This document shows, in pieces, positions 46,590-55,825 of a stretch of DNA of 64,000 bases. The stretch is from assembly GCA_017624905.1 (NCBI GenBank), contig JAGAMD010000012.1:506-64505 (forward strand). Direction: 5' to 3'. This DNA comes from Clostridia bacterium (GTDB lineage Bacteria > Bacillota > Clostridia > Oscillospirales > CAG-272). The translations under genes and the position numbers were made by a program. The stretch's first letter is position 1. The number at the start of each line of letters is the position of its first letter. The notes beneath the pieces are model-generated. The model did not search any database and was not told the DNA's origin. It worked only from the letters and a program-made list of their open reading frames with translations.

Positions 46590-48329
46590 ATGGATTTTAA
46601 AATTGCAGGTAGCGACTTTATAGTAAACGGCGAAAAGACAAAGATTATTTCAGGCGCTGTTCACTATTTTAGAAATATGCGTGGCACATGGCGTGATATT
46701 TTCAAGAAAATGAAGGCAATGGGACTAAACTGTGTAGAAACCTATTGTGCTTGGAATATGCACGAAAAAAAGATTGGCGAGTTTGATTTTACAGGCAATC
46801 TTGATATAAGAGAATTTATTAAAACAGCCGAGCAAGAGGGACTAATGGTTATTGTCCGTCCGGGCCCATATATTTGCGCCGAGTGGGAGTTTGGTGGCTT
46901 ACCTTGGTGGCTACAAACTATGGATGATATGGAAATAAGATGCTCAAATACTGTATATATGGAGCATTTTGAGAGCTACTTAAAGGCTATGTTTGACCAA
47001 ATCAGAGATTTGCTGTTTACAAACGGTGGACCAATAATTATGCTACAATGTGAAAACGAGTATGGCTACTATGGAGACGATAAGGAATACCTAAAGAGCC
47101 TATATAACATTTACAGAAAGCACGGTATAGACGTTCCGCTATTCACCTCAGACGGTACAAGCGAGGCAAACCTACTTGATGGCACAATTGACGGTTGTCT
47201 TGCAACACTAAACTTTGGTTCAAGAGTTAGCGAAAACTTTAAAGCACACGATAAGCTATTCCCAGACTCACCAAAAATGTGTATGGAAATGTGGAATGGT
47301 TGGTTTGATGCGTGGGGAGATTCCTTCCACCATAAAACAAGCGCCGAGGACTACGCCCGTGTAGTTGACGATATGTTAACAAAGGGCAGTCTTAATATGT
47401 ATATGTTCATAGGTGGCACAAACTTCGGCTTTACAAGTGGAGCTAACCACTATGAAAAGTTTACACCGGATGTAACCAGCTACGACTATGATGCTATGCT
47501 TACCGAGTGTGGAGATGTAACAGAAAAATACCTAAAGGTAAGAGATGTAATTAAAAAGCATGTAAATTACGAATTACCGGAAATACCACAAAACAGAGAA
47601 AAGAGAGCATACGGCAAGGTAGAGCTTACACAAAAGGGAGGCTTCTTTAACAACCTTGAAAATCTATCAAGCCCTGTTTTCTCAAATGTTCCAAAATGTA
47701 TGGAGTATTATGGTCAAGGCTATGGCTATATAGCATACAAAACCAAGCTAAACCGTGATTACATAAACACACCAATCGTATTTACTGACCTTGGCGACCG
47801 TGCGCATATCTATATAAACGATAAATTAAACGGTATAGTTTATGTAAATGATGATGAATTAAAAGCAACCATCAACGCAAAGTCCGGCGACACTCTAACC
47901 ATACTTGTTGAAAATATGGGAAGAGCAAACTTTGGACCAAAAATGATGCGCAAAAAGGGCATAGCGGGAAGAGTGCTCCTTGGCGATAGAATAATTCACT
48001 TCAATTGGGATGTATATAAGCTACCAATGGACAATCTTGACAAGGTAGAGTATGAGGGAGGCTTTGAGGAGCCAAGCTGCTTCCTAAAGGGCACATTTAA
48101 TGTTGACAAGGTAGCAGATACCTTTATTTATCTTGATAATTTCAAAAAAGGCTTTGTAGTAATAAACGGCTTTAATATCGGTAGATATTGGGAGATAGGC
48201 CCACAAAAGAGCCTATATGTTCCTGCCTCAATTTTAAAAGAGGGCGAGAACGAAATTGTAGTCTTTGAGTCCGACGGACTAAAGGGCGAGAGCGTAGTTG
48301 AATTTAAAAACTACCCAACACTAGAATAA
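46590..48329 (+). CDS. Beta-galactosidase, glycoside hydrolase family 35
   Basis: GLNCVETYCAWNMHE, CENEYG (acid/base Glu), MEMWNGWFD; 579 aa. Confidence 0.85.
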   Translation: MDFKIAGSDFIVNGEKTKIISGAVHYFRNMRGTWRDIFKKMKAMGLNCVETYCAWNMHEKKIGEFDFTGNLDIREFIKTAEQEGLMVIVRPGPYICAEWEFGGLPWWLQTMDDMEIRCSNTVYMEHFESYLKAMFDQIRDLLFTNGGPIIMLQCENEYGYYGDDKEYLKSLYNIYRKHGIDVPLFTSDGTSEANLLDGTIDGCLATLNFGSRVSENFKAHDKLFPDSPKMCMEMWNGWFDAWGDSFHHKTSAEDYARVVDDMLTKGSLNMYMFIGGTNFGFTSGANHYEKFTPDVTSYDYDAMLTECGDVTEKYLKVRDVIKKHVNYELPEIPQNREKRAYGKVELTQKGGFFNNLENLSSPVFSNVPKCMEYYGQGYGYIAYKTKLNRDYINTPIVFTDLGDRAHIYINDKLNGIVYVNDDELKATINAKSGDTLTILVENMGRANFGPKMMRKKGIAGRVLLGDRIIHFNWDVYKLPMDNLDKVEYEGGFEEPSCFLKGTFNVDKVADTFIYLDNFKKGFVVINGFNIGRYWEIGPQKSLYVPASILKEGENEIVVFESDGLKGESVVEFKNYPTLE

Positions 48330-48330
48330 A

Positions 48331-48360
48331 AAAAGACCTGACAACCGTCAGGTCTTTTTG
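48331..48360. terminator. Bidirectional rho-independent terminator
   Basis: GACCTGAC aacc GTCAGGTC with flanking A/T runs. Confidence 0.85.
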
Positions 48361-48362
48361 TT

Positions 48363-49655
48363 TTATTCAGCTAAAGAAGAAAGCTTTTTTAAATCATTAA
48401 TCAAGTCGGCTTTTTCTTCATCGTGATTATATTCATTCCACTTTTCAATAACATCACGCATATCAGCTAGAAAAACATATATTTTTTCATAAGGCTTGTT
48501 GCTTTTTACATCTCGCCATTCTCCAGTTGCAAATAGCTCTGAATATAGTAGCTTTTTGTTTCCAGCAGGCTTTTTATCGTATTGCTTTTCTTTGTTGTAT
48601 GGAATGATAAAGCAGTTATAAATTGTGTTTTTGCCGTTTGTTTTCTTAAACAGATGGTCGCCATATGTGAGTTGCTTTTGAATGGAATCGGTAGTAGGCA
48701 ATCCAGCTATATCATCATTTTTATACCCCTCGTCTGCGTAACGATAGCATTTTGCATCTATGATAACATAAATGTCGCTTTCATCATCGCTCTTTTGACG
48801 AAGAATAGAGTCAGGGAAAAGAGGAGATGCATTCTTTCCACAGCTCCATTTTCCAGTAGGCATATATGGATCTAAATCATTTTCTGTTCCATAAATTTGG
48901 TCTATCATTCGTTCAAAAACATAGTGATAGCTATCAACACCATATACAAGCTCACCATTTATCGAGTTGTTTAATCCGCTAACTACATCAAGCATATTCT
49001 TCAATCTTAATTGCTTTTCATCATCGAATGTTTTGTCAATTTCTAAATTAAGAGCATAAATATATTGCTTTTTCTTTGCATTTGAAAGCTCAATGTCCTT
49101 TAAATTCTTAACACCGATAGATGCAGATCGAACACCAAAAAGCCAGCCTATTAAAAATATACTTTTCTTAACGCAATGCTGATGAATTTCCACAAGTAAA
49201 TTGTCAACTGAGCTTTTGGAAGAAACAACGAAGTCCTTGTAAACAAATGAGCCATTTGAATAAAGCGCTTGCTTGCTAAGTGTTCTTTTCCAGTTTATTT
49301 TCCCGTTTTGATTTTGCTTATATACGGTTTCTCGATTTTTATAATAACCATTTTTCAAGAAATCTCTAATAATCCAAATATAGGATTTAATAGCAAAAAA
49401 GTCATCACCATCACAAGAATCGTTAAGCTTTGTTTTCTCTTTAGATTTTGTTTTTGCAAATTCTATGCTTGATAAAACAGCTCTAATGCTATTAGAAATA
49501 TTTTCATCTATATCAGAAACGGCAATATCGTTGATATCTTTATTCCAACGAAAGGTTTCTGGATAATAAAAATCAACTGCGTTTTCAGAAAATTTGATGC
49601 CTACGAAGGATTTTCCTCCTTGAGATGCATGAAATTTTAAAATTCTATCAGTCAT
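48363..49655 (-). CDS. McrC / LlaJI-R2-like PD-(D/E)xK restriction endonuclease subunit
   Basis: 430 aa. Nuclease core FPDS...IYVIIDAKCYRY...SIQKQLTYGDH (PD...D-x-K...QxxxY). Located 9 nt downstream of the McrB-like gene. Confidence 0.75.
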   Translation of the reverse strand: MTDRILKFHASQGGKSFVGIKFSENAVDFYYPETFRWNKDINDIAVSDIDENISNSIRAVLSSIEFAKTKSKEKTKLNDSCDGDDFFAIKSYIWIIRDFLKNGYYKNRETVYKQNQNGKINWKRTLSKQALYSNGSFVYKDFVVSSKSSVDNLLVEIHQHCVKKSIFLIGWLFGVRSASIGVKNLKDIELSNAKKKQYIYALNLEIDKTFDDEKQLRLKNMLDVVSGLNNSINGELVYGVDSYHYVFERMIDQIYGTENDLDPYMPTGKWSCGKNASPLFPDSILRQKSDDESDIYVIIDAKCYRYADEGYKNDDIAGLPTTDSIQKQLTYGDHLFKKTNGKNTIYNCFIIPYNKEKQYDKKPAGNKKLLYSELFATGEWRDVKSNKPYEKIYVFLADMRDVIEKWNEYNHDEEKADLINDLKKLSSLAE

Positions 49656-49664
49656 ATTCTAATC

Positions 49665-51734
49665 TCACTCATCAAAAGAAATTTTAGAATTAAAAATTTC
49701 AGCGCCCTTGTCAGCCTTCCAACCTTCAATTAGCTTGTCAAGAGTATTATAATCCTTTGTGTTGAACCATTTTTCACGGTCAAACTTTGCAACATCATTC
49801 CAAAGATATTCAAGAATTTTATATGCAAACTCTTCAATTTTGGCTTCACTTGCGGTTTCACCAGCATCAAGGAGCATATCGCTATCTATAAAGTATTTGC
49901 CAATTTGCTTATCCTCAGAGTCGAAGGTGCCATCCTTAATCATATAGCTGTTGATTTTTTCAACAAAGGTTTTCCAAGTAACATTTGTAAGACCAGGGAT
50001 ATATTTATCGCCGATAGTATCGTCCTTTGTAAATGTATTAGAAAGCTTTTTGAATTTCCAACGACGCTTGAACGCTGTATCTAGAGTATATACATTTTGG
50101 TCGCTTGTGTTCATTGTAGCATAGATGAATAGGTTTGAAGGAATTTTAATATATGAATAGTTATATGTGTAGTTAATTCCATATCTGTGGATTTTTTTAT
50201 TGAGCTTTTTGCTTGATGAATCTCTTAAGTAATCTAAAATTTGCAAATTAGTAAGCTCATATTCACTAATTCCATCCTTGCGATCTAAGAGCTGGAACAA
50301 ATCTCCAAAAATACTTGCTGCGTTTCCTCTGTTTAGCTCCTCAATAACTAGAGCAACCTTTTTATCGCTATTAATAATTGCACATTCAAGGGCTAGTGTA
50401 AAAGGACCTGGAACAAATTGATATGTAACCTTGTCTTCGTCGCCAACTACAGGAATAATTTGTCCAACAAAGTCTGTATTTGTGTAGTCTTGATGAAAGG
50501 TTATTCTAATAACATGTTCATCTTCAACATCATTTAACAAATTGGTCTTGATGTGATGAGATTTTCCACATCCAGGCGTTCCATAAATAACACGGTTTTC
50601 GCCACCCTTATAAGATACATCGTCGTAGCTATATGGTTTAGCGCTTTCTTCGGAGTCTTTATCAAAAGATTCATCCAAATCTGTATCAATTCTCTCAAGC
50701 TCGCTACTCTCATAATCATCATCTAGGTCTGAATCCTTGCTTCCACTCATAGATGCACCTACATGTCCAATAAAAGTTGCTGGCTTACCACTTTTGTAAT
50801 CGATAAACAAATCAATATATTTGTTTGATTTTCCTACCTTTGCTTTTGCATCGCTTAAGGTTTTATCATTGTCATATTGTTGGTCGATGTCATTTGGATA
50901 TTTGTAGCCACAAATTTCTTCAATCCTTCTAATTCTGTATTCAACATTACTTGCCTTATTGTCAGACATGCCAGCTTTTTTACAGTAATTTCTAAAGTCT
51001 GGTCGTCTCATAGGAGTACAGAATAAATCATAAAAGCCAAAAAGAGAATATTTACCACTATTTGATTTTAAATAAGAGTGCATTTTTCCCTTTTCGGAGG
51101 ATTTGCACTGTCCCTTATATCTATCAAATAAAATGTAGTTTTCTTTTCTAAAACTGTCGATTATGTCAGCCTTGCTCATGAATTTAGTGTTTTCATAAAG
51201 GTGGTAGTAGCCATTTGCATCCTTGTAAATTTGTATATTTATTGAGGATGGATCAGCACTAGCAAGACTAGATATAACTTCAACCTTACGGAAGTTAGAT
51301 GGATTTTTAATGTAACTGTTAAAGCTAGCTATATCCTTTGTAGCATTATCAAAGCTGTTTTGGTCTAGTATATTTAATTCAAAAAAGCTTTGTGAAGCTG
51401 GATTATTAATTAAATTTAATGTTGTTTTGTCTAACATAAAAAGGTCGGCAGAGCAAAACTGTGAAATATATAGTGCGTTACAAAACAGTTCTTTTCCTGT
51501 TGCATCAGTCCATTTAGGTGAGCATTTTGCTACAACATCAGTTCCTCGCATCTCGAATTTGTCAAAAACCCAAAGCCTTTTTAACGCTGCAGGACTAAAT
51601 TCGTTTTCGTATCTTACAAATAATAAATCTCCCTTAGATAGATTTCCAGGATAATAGTCTTTTTCTAGCGCTATAAATTCAAGGCTATCAACCTGTGCCT
51701 TCACATTCATTTTTACATAAAAAACATTGCTCAT
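49665..51734 (-). CDS. McrB / LlaJI-R1-like AAA+ GTPase subunit with an uncharacterised ~330-aa N-terminal domain and an acidic linker
   Basis: Walker A GTPGCGKSH, McrB-type motifs VIEELNRGNAASIFGDLFQLLDR and IYATMNTSDQNVYTLDTAFKRRW. Linker DSDLDDDYESSELERIDTDLDESFDKDSEE. Confidence 0.8.
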   Translation of the reverse strand: MSNVFYVKMNVKAQVDSLEFIALEKDYYPGNLSKGDLLFVRYENEFSPAALKRLWVFDKFEMRGTDVVAKCSPKWTDATGKELFCNALYISQFCSADLFMLDKTTLNLINNPASQSFFELNILDQNSFDNATKDIASFNSYIKNPSNFRKVEVISSLASADPSSINIQIYKDANGYYHLYENTKFMSKADIIDSFRKENYILFDRYKGQCKSSEKGKMHSYLKSNSGKYSLFGFYDLFCTPMRRPDFRNYCKKAGMSDNKASNVEYRIRRIEEICGYKYPNDIDQQYDNDKTLSDAKAKVGKSNKYIDLFIDYKSGKPATFIGHVGASMSGSKDSDLDDDYESSELERIDTDLDESFDKDSEESAKPYSYDDVSYKGGENRVIYGTPGCGKSHHIKTNLLNDVEDEHVIRITFHQDYTNTDFVGQIIPVVGDEDKVTYQFVPGPFTLALECAIINSDKKVALVIEELNRGNAASIFGDLFQLLDRKDGISEYELTNLQILDYLRDSSSKKLNKKIHRYGINYTYNYSYIKIPSNLFIYATMNTSDQNVYTLDTAFKRRWKFKKLSNTFTKDDTIGDKYIPGLTNVTWKTFVEKINSYMIKDGTFDSEDKQIGKYFIDSDMLLDAGETASEAKIEEFAYKILEYLWNDVAKFDREKWFNTKDYNTLDKLIEGWKADKGAEIFNSKISFDE

Positions 51735-51777
51735 TTCCGTTCTCCTTTATAAATGTCTTTGACGATATGATAAAATA

Positions 51778-51806
51778 ATTATATCATAAAGTAATATTTA
51801 AGTCAA
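51778..51806 (-). promoter_or_regulatory. Consensus sigma-A promoter of the McrBC-like operon
   Basis: Minus strand: TTGACT (51806-51801), 17 nt, TATAAT (51783-51778). Confidence 0.7.
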
Positions 51807-51830
51807 CTAAAACACTTTTTAGTCGACTAA
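51798..51830. promoter_or_regulatory. Two related palindromic sites (operator-like) over and upstream of the -35 box
   Basis: Perfect 12-bp palindrome TTAGTCGACTAA (51819-51830) and related TTAGTTGACTTAA (minus strand of 51798-51810). Centres are about 20 bp apart. Confidence 0.4.
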
Positions 51831-51856
51831 GCCTATTATATCGCATCTTGTGTACT

Positions 51857-51885
51857 AAAAAAGACACCCAAAAGGGTGCCTTTTT
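51857..51885 (-). terminator. Rho-independent terminator after the esterase gene
   Basis: CACCC aaaa GGGTG stem with flanking A/T runs. Confidence 0.65.
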
Positions 51886-52837
51886 ATTTTCTTTCTCTAT
51901 ATGAAAGAATAATGTGCTCACCAAATAGATGACCTAGCTTTAATTCACTCATTGAATCGTAGTGGGCAATGTCAGGCTCACCCTCCGGCTCAGCCTCGGT
52001 TGTTAATCCTGCATCAACAGTTGAGAAGTATAGGTTGAGAGGGGAGCTGTTTGCAAATCGCTCCTTGGCTGAGTTTATAACCTCATATCTTTTCCAGAGG
52101 GGAATGTCCTCAATACCGGCATCTATAAAGTATATACCGCCATTTTCCTCATATGCTTTTAAGTCCTCTCTTATACAAGAAACAAAGAAGGATTGATTAT
52201 CATAATACTCGTCAGCTACCTTGCCACTTGCATCACTCTCTCCCTGCATCCAACAAACGGCACCGATTTTTGCATCATAGTTGTGCGATATAAGTGCATC
52301 CATATATGTCTTTGTAAAGAGCATAAACGCTTCATAAATTGAGCCACGCTCATCTCCGTAAAGCCACTGAGTTTTTAAACAGCTACCGGAATATGTGTAT
52401 TTTAAAATAACAATTTTTTCATCAGGATATTCCTTTGATAGCTTTTCAGCAATTCCAAGCTCCGGACCAAAGTATTCATCAGTTACACCACAGCCAAGCT
52501 TAGTAGTAACGAACTCGCCCCCCGAGGTGTTTCTTTTGTTGTCCTCAAGATGGTTTATTAAAACATTAGAAAAGCCGTCTTTGTATATTTTATATTGCTC
52601 ACTGTCTATATTCTTTTCCAAATAACTGTTTAACGCACAGCCGGTTGCATTGCTTTGCCCAAGCACCAAAACAACCTTAACCCTCTGTCCGCCACCGTCT
52701 TCAAGGGTAGTTGGCTGATTAAAGGTATTGTCAAGCTCAAGCCAAGTACGCCCCTTGTTTTTATCACCACAACTAGCAAGTAAAACAACAGAGAACAGAA
52801 AACAAACGGCTAAAATTAAAGATATAAATTTACGCAT
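51884..52837 (-). CDS. SASA-family (sialate O-acetylesterase-like, DUF303) carbohydrate esterase lipoprotein
   Basis: Signal peptide with lipobox LLASC. LGQSNATG and WMQGESD motifs characteristic of the SASA/SGNH-like esterase family. Confidence 0.7.
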   Translation of the reverse strand: MRKFISLILAVCFLFSVVLLASCGDKNKGRTWLELDNTFNQPTTLEDGGGQRVKVVLVLGQSNATGCALNSYLEKNIDSEQYKIYKDGFSNVLINHLEDNKRNTSGGEFVTTKLGCGVTDEYFGPELGIAEKLSKEYPDEKIVILKYTYSGSCLKTQWLYGDERGSIYEAFMLFTKTYMDALISHNYDAKIGAVCWMQGESDASGKVADEYYDNQSFFVSCIREDLKAYEENGGIYFIDAGIEDIPLWKRYEVINSAKERFANSSPLNLYFSTVDAGLTTEAEPEGEPDIAHYDSMSELKLGHLFGEHIILSYRERK

Positions 52838-52846
52838 TTTTCTCTC

Positions 52847-55432
52847 CTATTTTGAATATTTGCAAAGCGAAATATCACCTACAATTCCGGAAGGTGGGAT
52901 TTGCATAAAGAATGATAAATCATCACGTCGCTTATGTGCAAGATTGCTCTTAACTACAATCTCAAGCTCGTTTTCCCCATCTCTTAACGCATGCTTTAAG
53001 CTAAACTTGTACGGGGCATTGATTCTTGCACCAAGATATTTGCCATTTAGCCAAGCTTCACATATCTCTCCAACCTGACCTAAATCTATTACATCAAAGC
53101 CGTCATTTATATTTAGACTTGCTTTGTAGCGGATGCTGCCGGAAAAGTGAGGCATACACTTTGGTGCTGAAATATCAAAAATCTTTGAGTCCCTTGCAAT
53201 CAAGCGATAGTCCTTTTCGCCCTCCTCCATAACCTCAATGTCAAAGTGCAGGTCAAGAGGGATTCTTTCTATCTCGCTCGTAAAATATGGTATGTCATTT
53301 GGAATTTCATCACCGAAAATAACAAAAATCATATTTCCACGCTCAAGGTGTAATTTAAGCTCACCATTTTTACACTCGTAGCGATATAGCTTGTTTTCCC
53401 AAGGCTCGTAAATTAGACACTCACCGTCTTCTTCAAGGAAAACGGAAGAATCAACATTGTTTATAGTGTCCTCGTTAGAGAATAGATAAATATTACGCTT
53501 GTCTCTTTGTATATGGTAAAAACGCAAGGTGTCAGAGTTTCCTTGTACATGGCAAAGCTTTCTTTGTCGTAGCTCGTTTACAAGCTCGTTACCCTTAATA
53601 GCTTCAAATGTATCGGGAATAGTATAACACCTCTCAAGCTCTACTGCAGAAGAAGGAAGCGAGTCAATAAAGATAACAGGCAAACCGCTTTTTGATAGTC
53701 TTTCAAAGCACAAAAGCACATCAAGAGGCAAAGCGTCGCTTTCGGAGATAATCAAAGCACCATAGCTTTCACCATTTATATGTAGTCTATTGTCCTTGAT
53801 ATCGGCACTCTTTAAATAGTCAAGTGGCACAATATCAAAATCAACAAGACCGCGTGTTAGCTTTTTGCATATATCAAAGAACAAGTGTCCGTTTTTAGAG
53901 GTCCATTCGCCCTCTGCATTGTAAAACACAGCTACATCAGCCTTATGTGTGCCATCACTTATCATATGAGAGCATCGTCCCATATACTCCATTAGATTTT
54001 TAAATAGTGGATATTGAATATTCTTGCCACCGTTATAAAAATGTGGTGGGCAATCTGTGTCCTCTTCCTTTGGCGAAAATGCGTGTGGCACAAAATAATT
54101 AACGCCACTAGACAGCATAACGTCGGCAAGTCCCTTCATAAAGGGTAGCCCCTCAGCCCAACCAAATGCACCAAAAAGCTCACACATAGCTCGTCCTTTT
54201 TTAAGAGGCTGAATGTGTGCGTGAGATGAGGCAAGCTTAGGCAGAGTATAACGGAAAAACGCAGGGTCAGCAATACCGCCATCAGCTAAAGGCGAACGAT
54301 GAATGACATCAGCCATACCGGGAATGTCCTGCATAAGCACAATATCAATTCCCGCCATATCCTGTCCGTCAAGTGCACGGAAATAATGACCTGAGCCATA
54401 GCCAAGTCGCATATGAGCACCCATATCCTCGATAACGTGTCCTATATACATAACTCCGTGATCACGGCACCAGTTGCCAAGCAAATAGCTAAAGTTTTCA
54501 CTATATAGCTTAGTTACTATGTTCATATAGTGAGTTCTTATTAGAGTTGACATATCTCCAAGGTCTTCAAAGAGGGCAGGAATATAAAGCTCAATTTTGT
54601 TTTTATCAATTCCTGACTCCTTAGCTATTAAATCGGTTAAATCGTCTCGCCAAGGAAACGGAGAATGCATATCGCCAAGACGATTAAAATATGTATAGCA
54701 AACATTTAAAAAGCCCGGCTCGTCAGAGAAAAATCCCTTAAAGGTGTTTCCAAAATACTCCTTAAAATGCTCATAATGTGGCTCGTAAATTGCATCAATC
54801 ATTGCGTGGCACGAGTCTTTATTCAGCATATCGATATAGTAAAACAGACGGTCGTTTTCATAGTCAAATGGCTTGGTTTTAATAGTTATACATACTCGCC
54901 AAACACCCGTCGGCACATCCCAATAAACCATACCATCATCAAGAGAAGAGGTTAGGTCAACAGCACTTTTGTAGTCAAGCTCCTCGCCGTTTCCTATATG
55001 CTTATATGCAATAACCTTGAGTATTTCTTCCTCACTGTTAATTCTGCCACTGACATAGAGCTTTGTCCCCTTCATAGGACCGAGCACCTCTATTTGTAGC
55101 TCTCTTATAAGAGACTTTCTTAAATGAGCTCTTTCAGGCGCTTCAAGATAGCCGTTTGCATAACCGGTAGGAAATTTTTTATCATCAAGAAGCCAAACAG
55201 ACATATTTAGCTCCTTAGCTGTTTTCAGTATAAAGCCGAAATCGTCCCACCACTCATCACGGCAAAAGCCCTCATATGGTCTGCTCTCAGCACAAAATTC
55301 GCTAATGCCACTGTTTTTTATTGCAATTATCTCCTCACGCACTCTTTCCTTTGGCTCACCGTGTAGCCACAAAAAGGGGAGAATATAGCTCCCTTGCTTA
55401 CCTAGTAAGCAATCCTTGATTCTTTCGTCCAT
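52847..55432 (-). CDS. Large glycoside hydrolase, GH106-like (glycosylhydrolase-like jelly-roll family; candidate alpha-L-rhamnosidase)
   Basis: 861 aa. N-terminal PFLWLHGE...WLLDDKKFPTGYANG and C-terminal sugar-binding jelly-roll pattern AWLNGKYLGARINAPYKFSL..DGENELEIVV. The family assignment is from memory of Pfam PF17132-type proteins. Confidence 0.5.
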   Translation of the reverse strand: MDERIKDCLLGKQGSYILPFLWLHGEPKERVREEIIAIKNSGISEFCAESRPYEGFCRDEWWDDFGFILKTAKELNMSVWLLDDKKFPTGYANGYLEAPERAHLRKSLIRELQIEVLGPMKGTKLYVSGRINSEEEILKVIAYKHIGNGEELDYKSAVDLTSSLDDGMVYWDVPTGVWRVCITIKTKPFDYENDRLFYYIDMLNKDSCHAMIDAIYEPHYEHFKEYFGNTFKGFFSDEPGFLNVCYTYFNRLGDMHSPFPWRDDLTDLIAKESGIDKNKIELYIPALFEDLGDMSTLIRTHYMNIVTKLYSENFSYLLGNWCRDHGVMYIGHVIEDMGAHMRLGYGSGHYFRALDGQDMAGIDIVLMQDIPGMADVIHRSPLADGGIADPAFFRYTLPKLASSHAHIQPLKKGRAMCELFGAFGWAEGLPFMKGLADVMLSSGVNYFVPHAFSPKEEDTDCPPHFYNGGKNIQYPLFKNLMEYMGRCSHMISDGTHKADVAVFYNAEGEWTSKNGHLFFDICKKLTRGLVDFDIVPLDYLKSADIKDNRLHINGESYGALIISESDALPLDVLLCFERLSKSGLPVIFIDSLPSSAVELERCYTIPDTFEAIKGNELVNELRQRKLCHVQGNSDTLRFYHIQRDKRNIYLFSNEDTINNVDSSVFLEEDGECLIYEPWENKLYRYECKNGELKLHLERGNMIFVIFGDEIPNDIPYFTSEIERIPLDLHFDIEVMEEGEKDYRLIARDSKIFDISAPKCMPHFSGSIRYKASLNINDGFDVIDLGQVGEICEAWLNGKYLGARINAPYKFSLKHALRDGENELEIVVKSNLAHKRRDDLSFFMQIPPSGIVGDISLCKYSK

Positions 55433-55583
55433 TGCTTAAGCCTCCATACTCGGTATAATATTACTATATCATATTTAACTAAAATTCACAATAAGTAAAG
55501 TAGAAAAACTCAGCCTTTTACCAAGGAAAAATAAAAATTTTCATTTATGTGTACCAAAAAAGTCACACTACCTAAAAACCTAG

Positions 55584-55612
55584 TTGACTTTTCGCTTTTA
55601 GTTCGCTATAAT
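55584..55612 (+). promoter_or_regulatory. Consensus sigma-A promoter driving the retron ncRNA/RT transcript
   Basis: TTGACT (55584-55589), exactly 17 nt, TATAAT (55607-55612). Confidence 0.75.
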
Positions 55613-55619
55613 GAGCTCA

Positions 55620-55822
55620 CAAAGCTTATGAAAGGAATAATCATAGGGCAATAGTGTATTCCATTTAGGAGTCGATAGCGAGTCGCTATTGATACAATTC
55701 AATTTTACATATTTCGCAAATGCTCAAGCAAAAACACTCCATGTAGTAAATCCGCCCACCATATGGGCTGTCCTACATATCGCATTCTTGCCATACAAAT
55801 GTATTGTCCTATGATTGTTATT
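55620..55822 (+). ncRNA. Retron msr/msd non-coding RNA (a1 55636-55653, candidate branching G 55654, msr hairpin 55672-55692, msd imperfect hairpin 55716-55791, a2 55802-55819)
   Basis: AATAATCATAGGGCAATA pairs antiparallel with TATTGTCCTATGATTGTT (18 bp including two G:U). The msr stem is TCGATAGC/GCTATTGA. The msd stems are ATGTAG/CTACAT, GCCCA/TGGGC and GCAAATGC/GCAT(tc)TTGC. It sits between the promoter and the RT start, as in Ec86-type retrons. Confidence 0.65.
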
Positions 55823-55825
55823 TAT

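Noticed and set aside
55545-55655. 36-aa ORF (MCTKKVTLPKNLVDFSLLVRYNELTKLMKGIIIGQ) as a possible retron effector or leader peptide
   Set aside because: It runs through the promoter -35/-10 boxes and a1, and it has no RBS.
55763-55825. Track start codon for the RT (MGCPTYRILAIQMYCPMIVIY...)
   Set aside because: This N-terminal extension lies inside the predicted msd hairpin and a2 repeat and has no RBS. Retron RTs start just downstream of a2.
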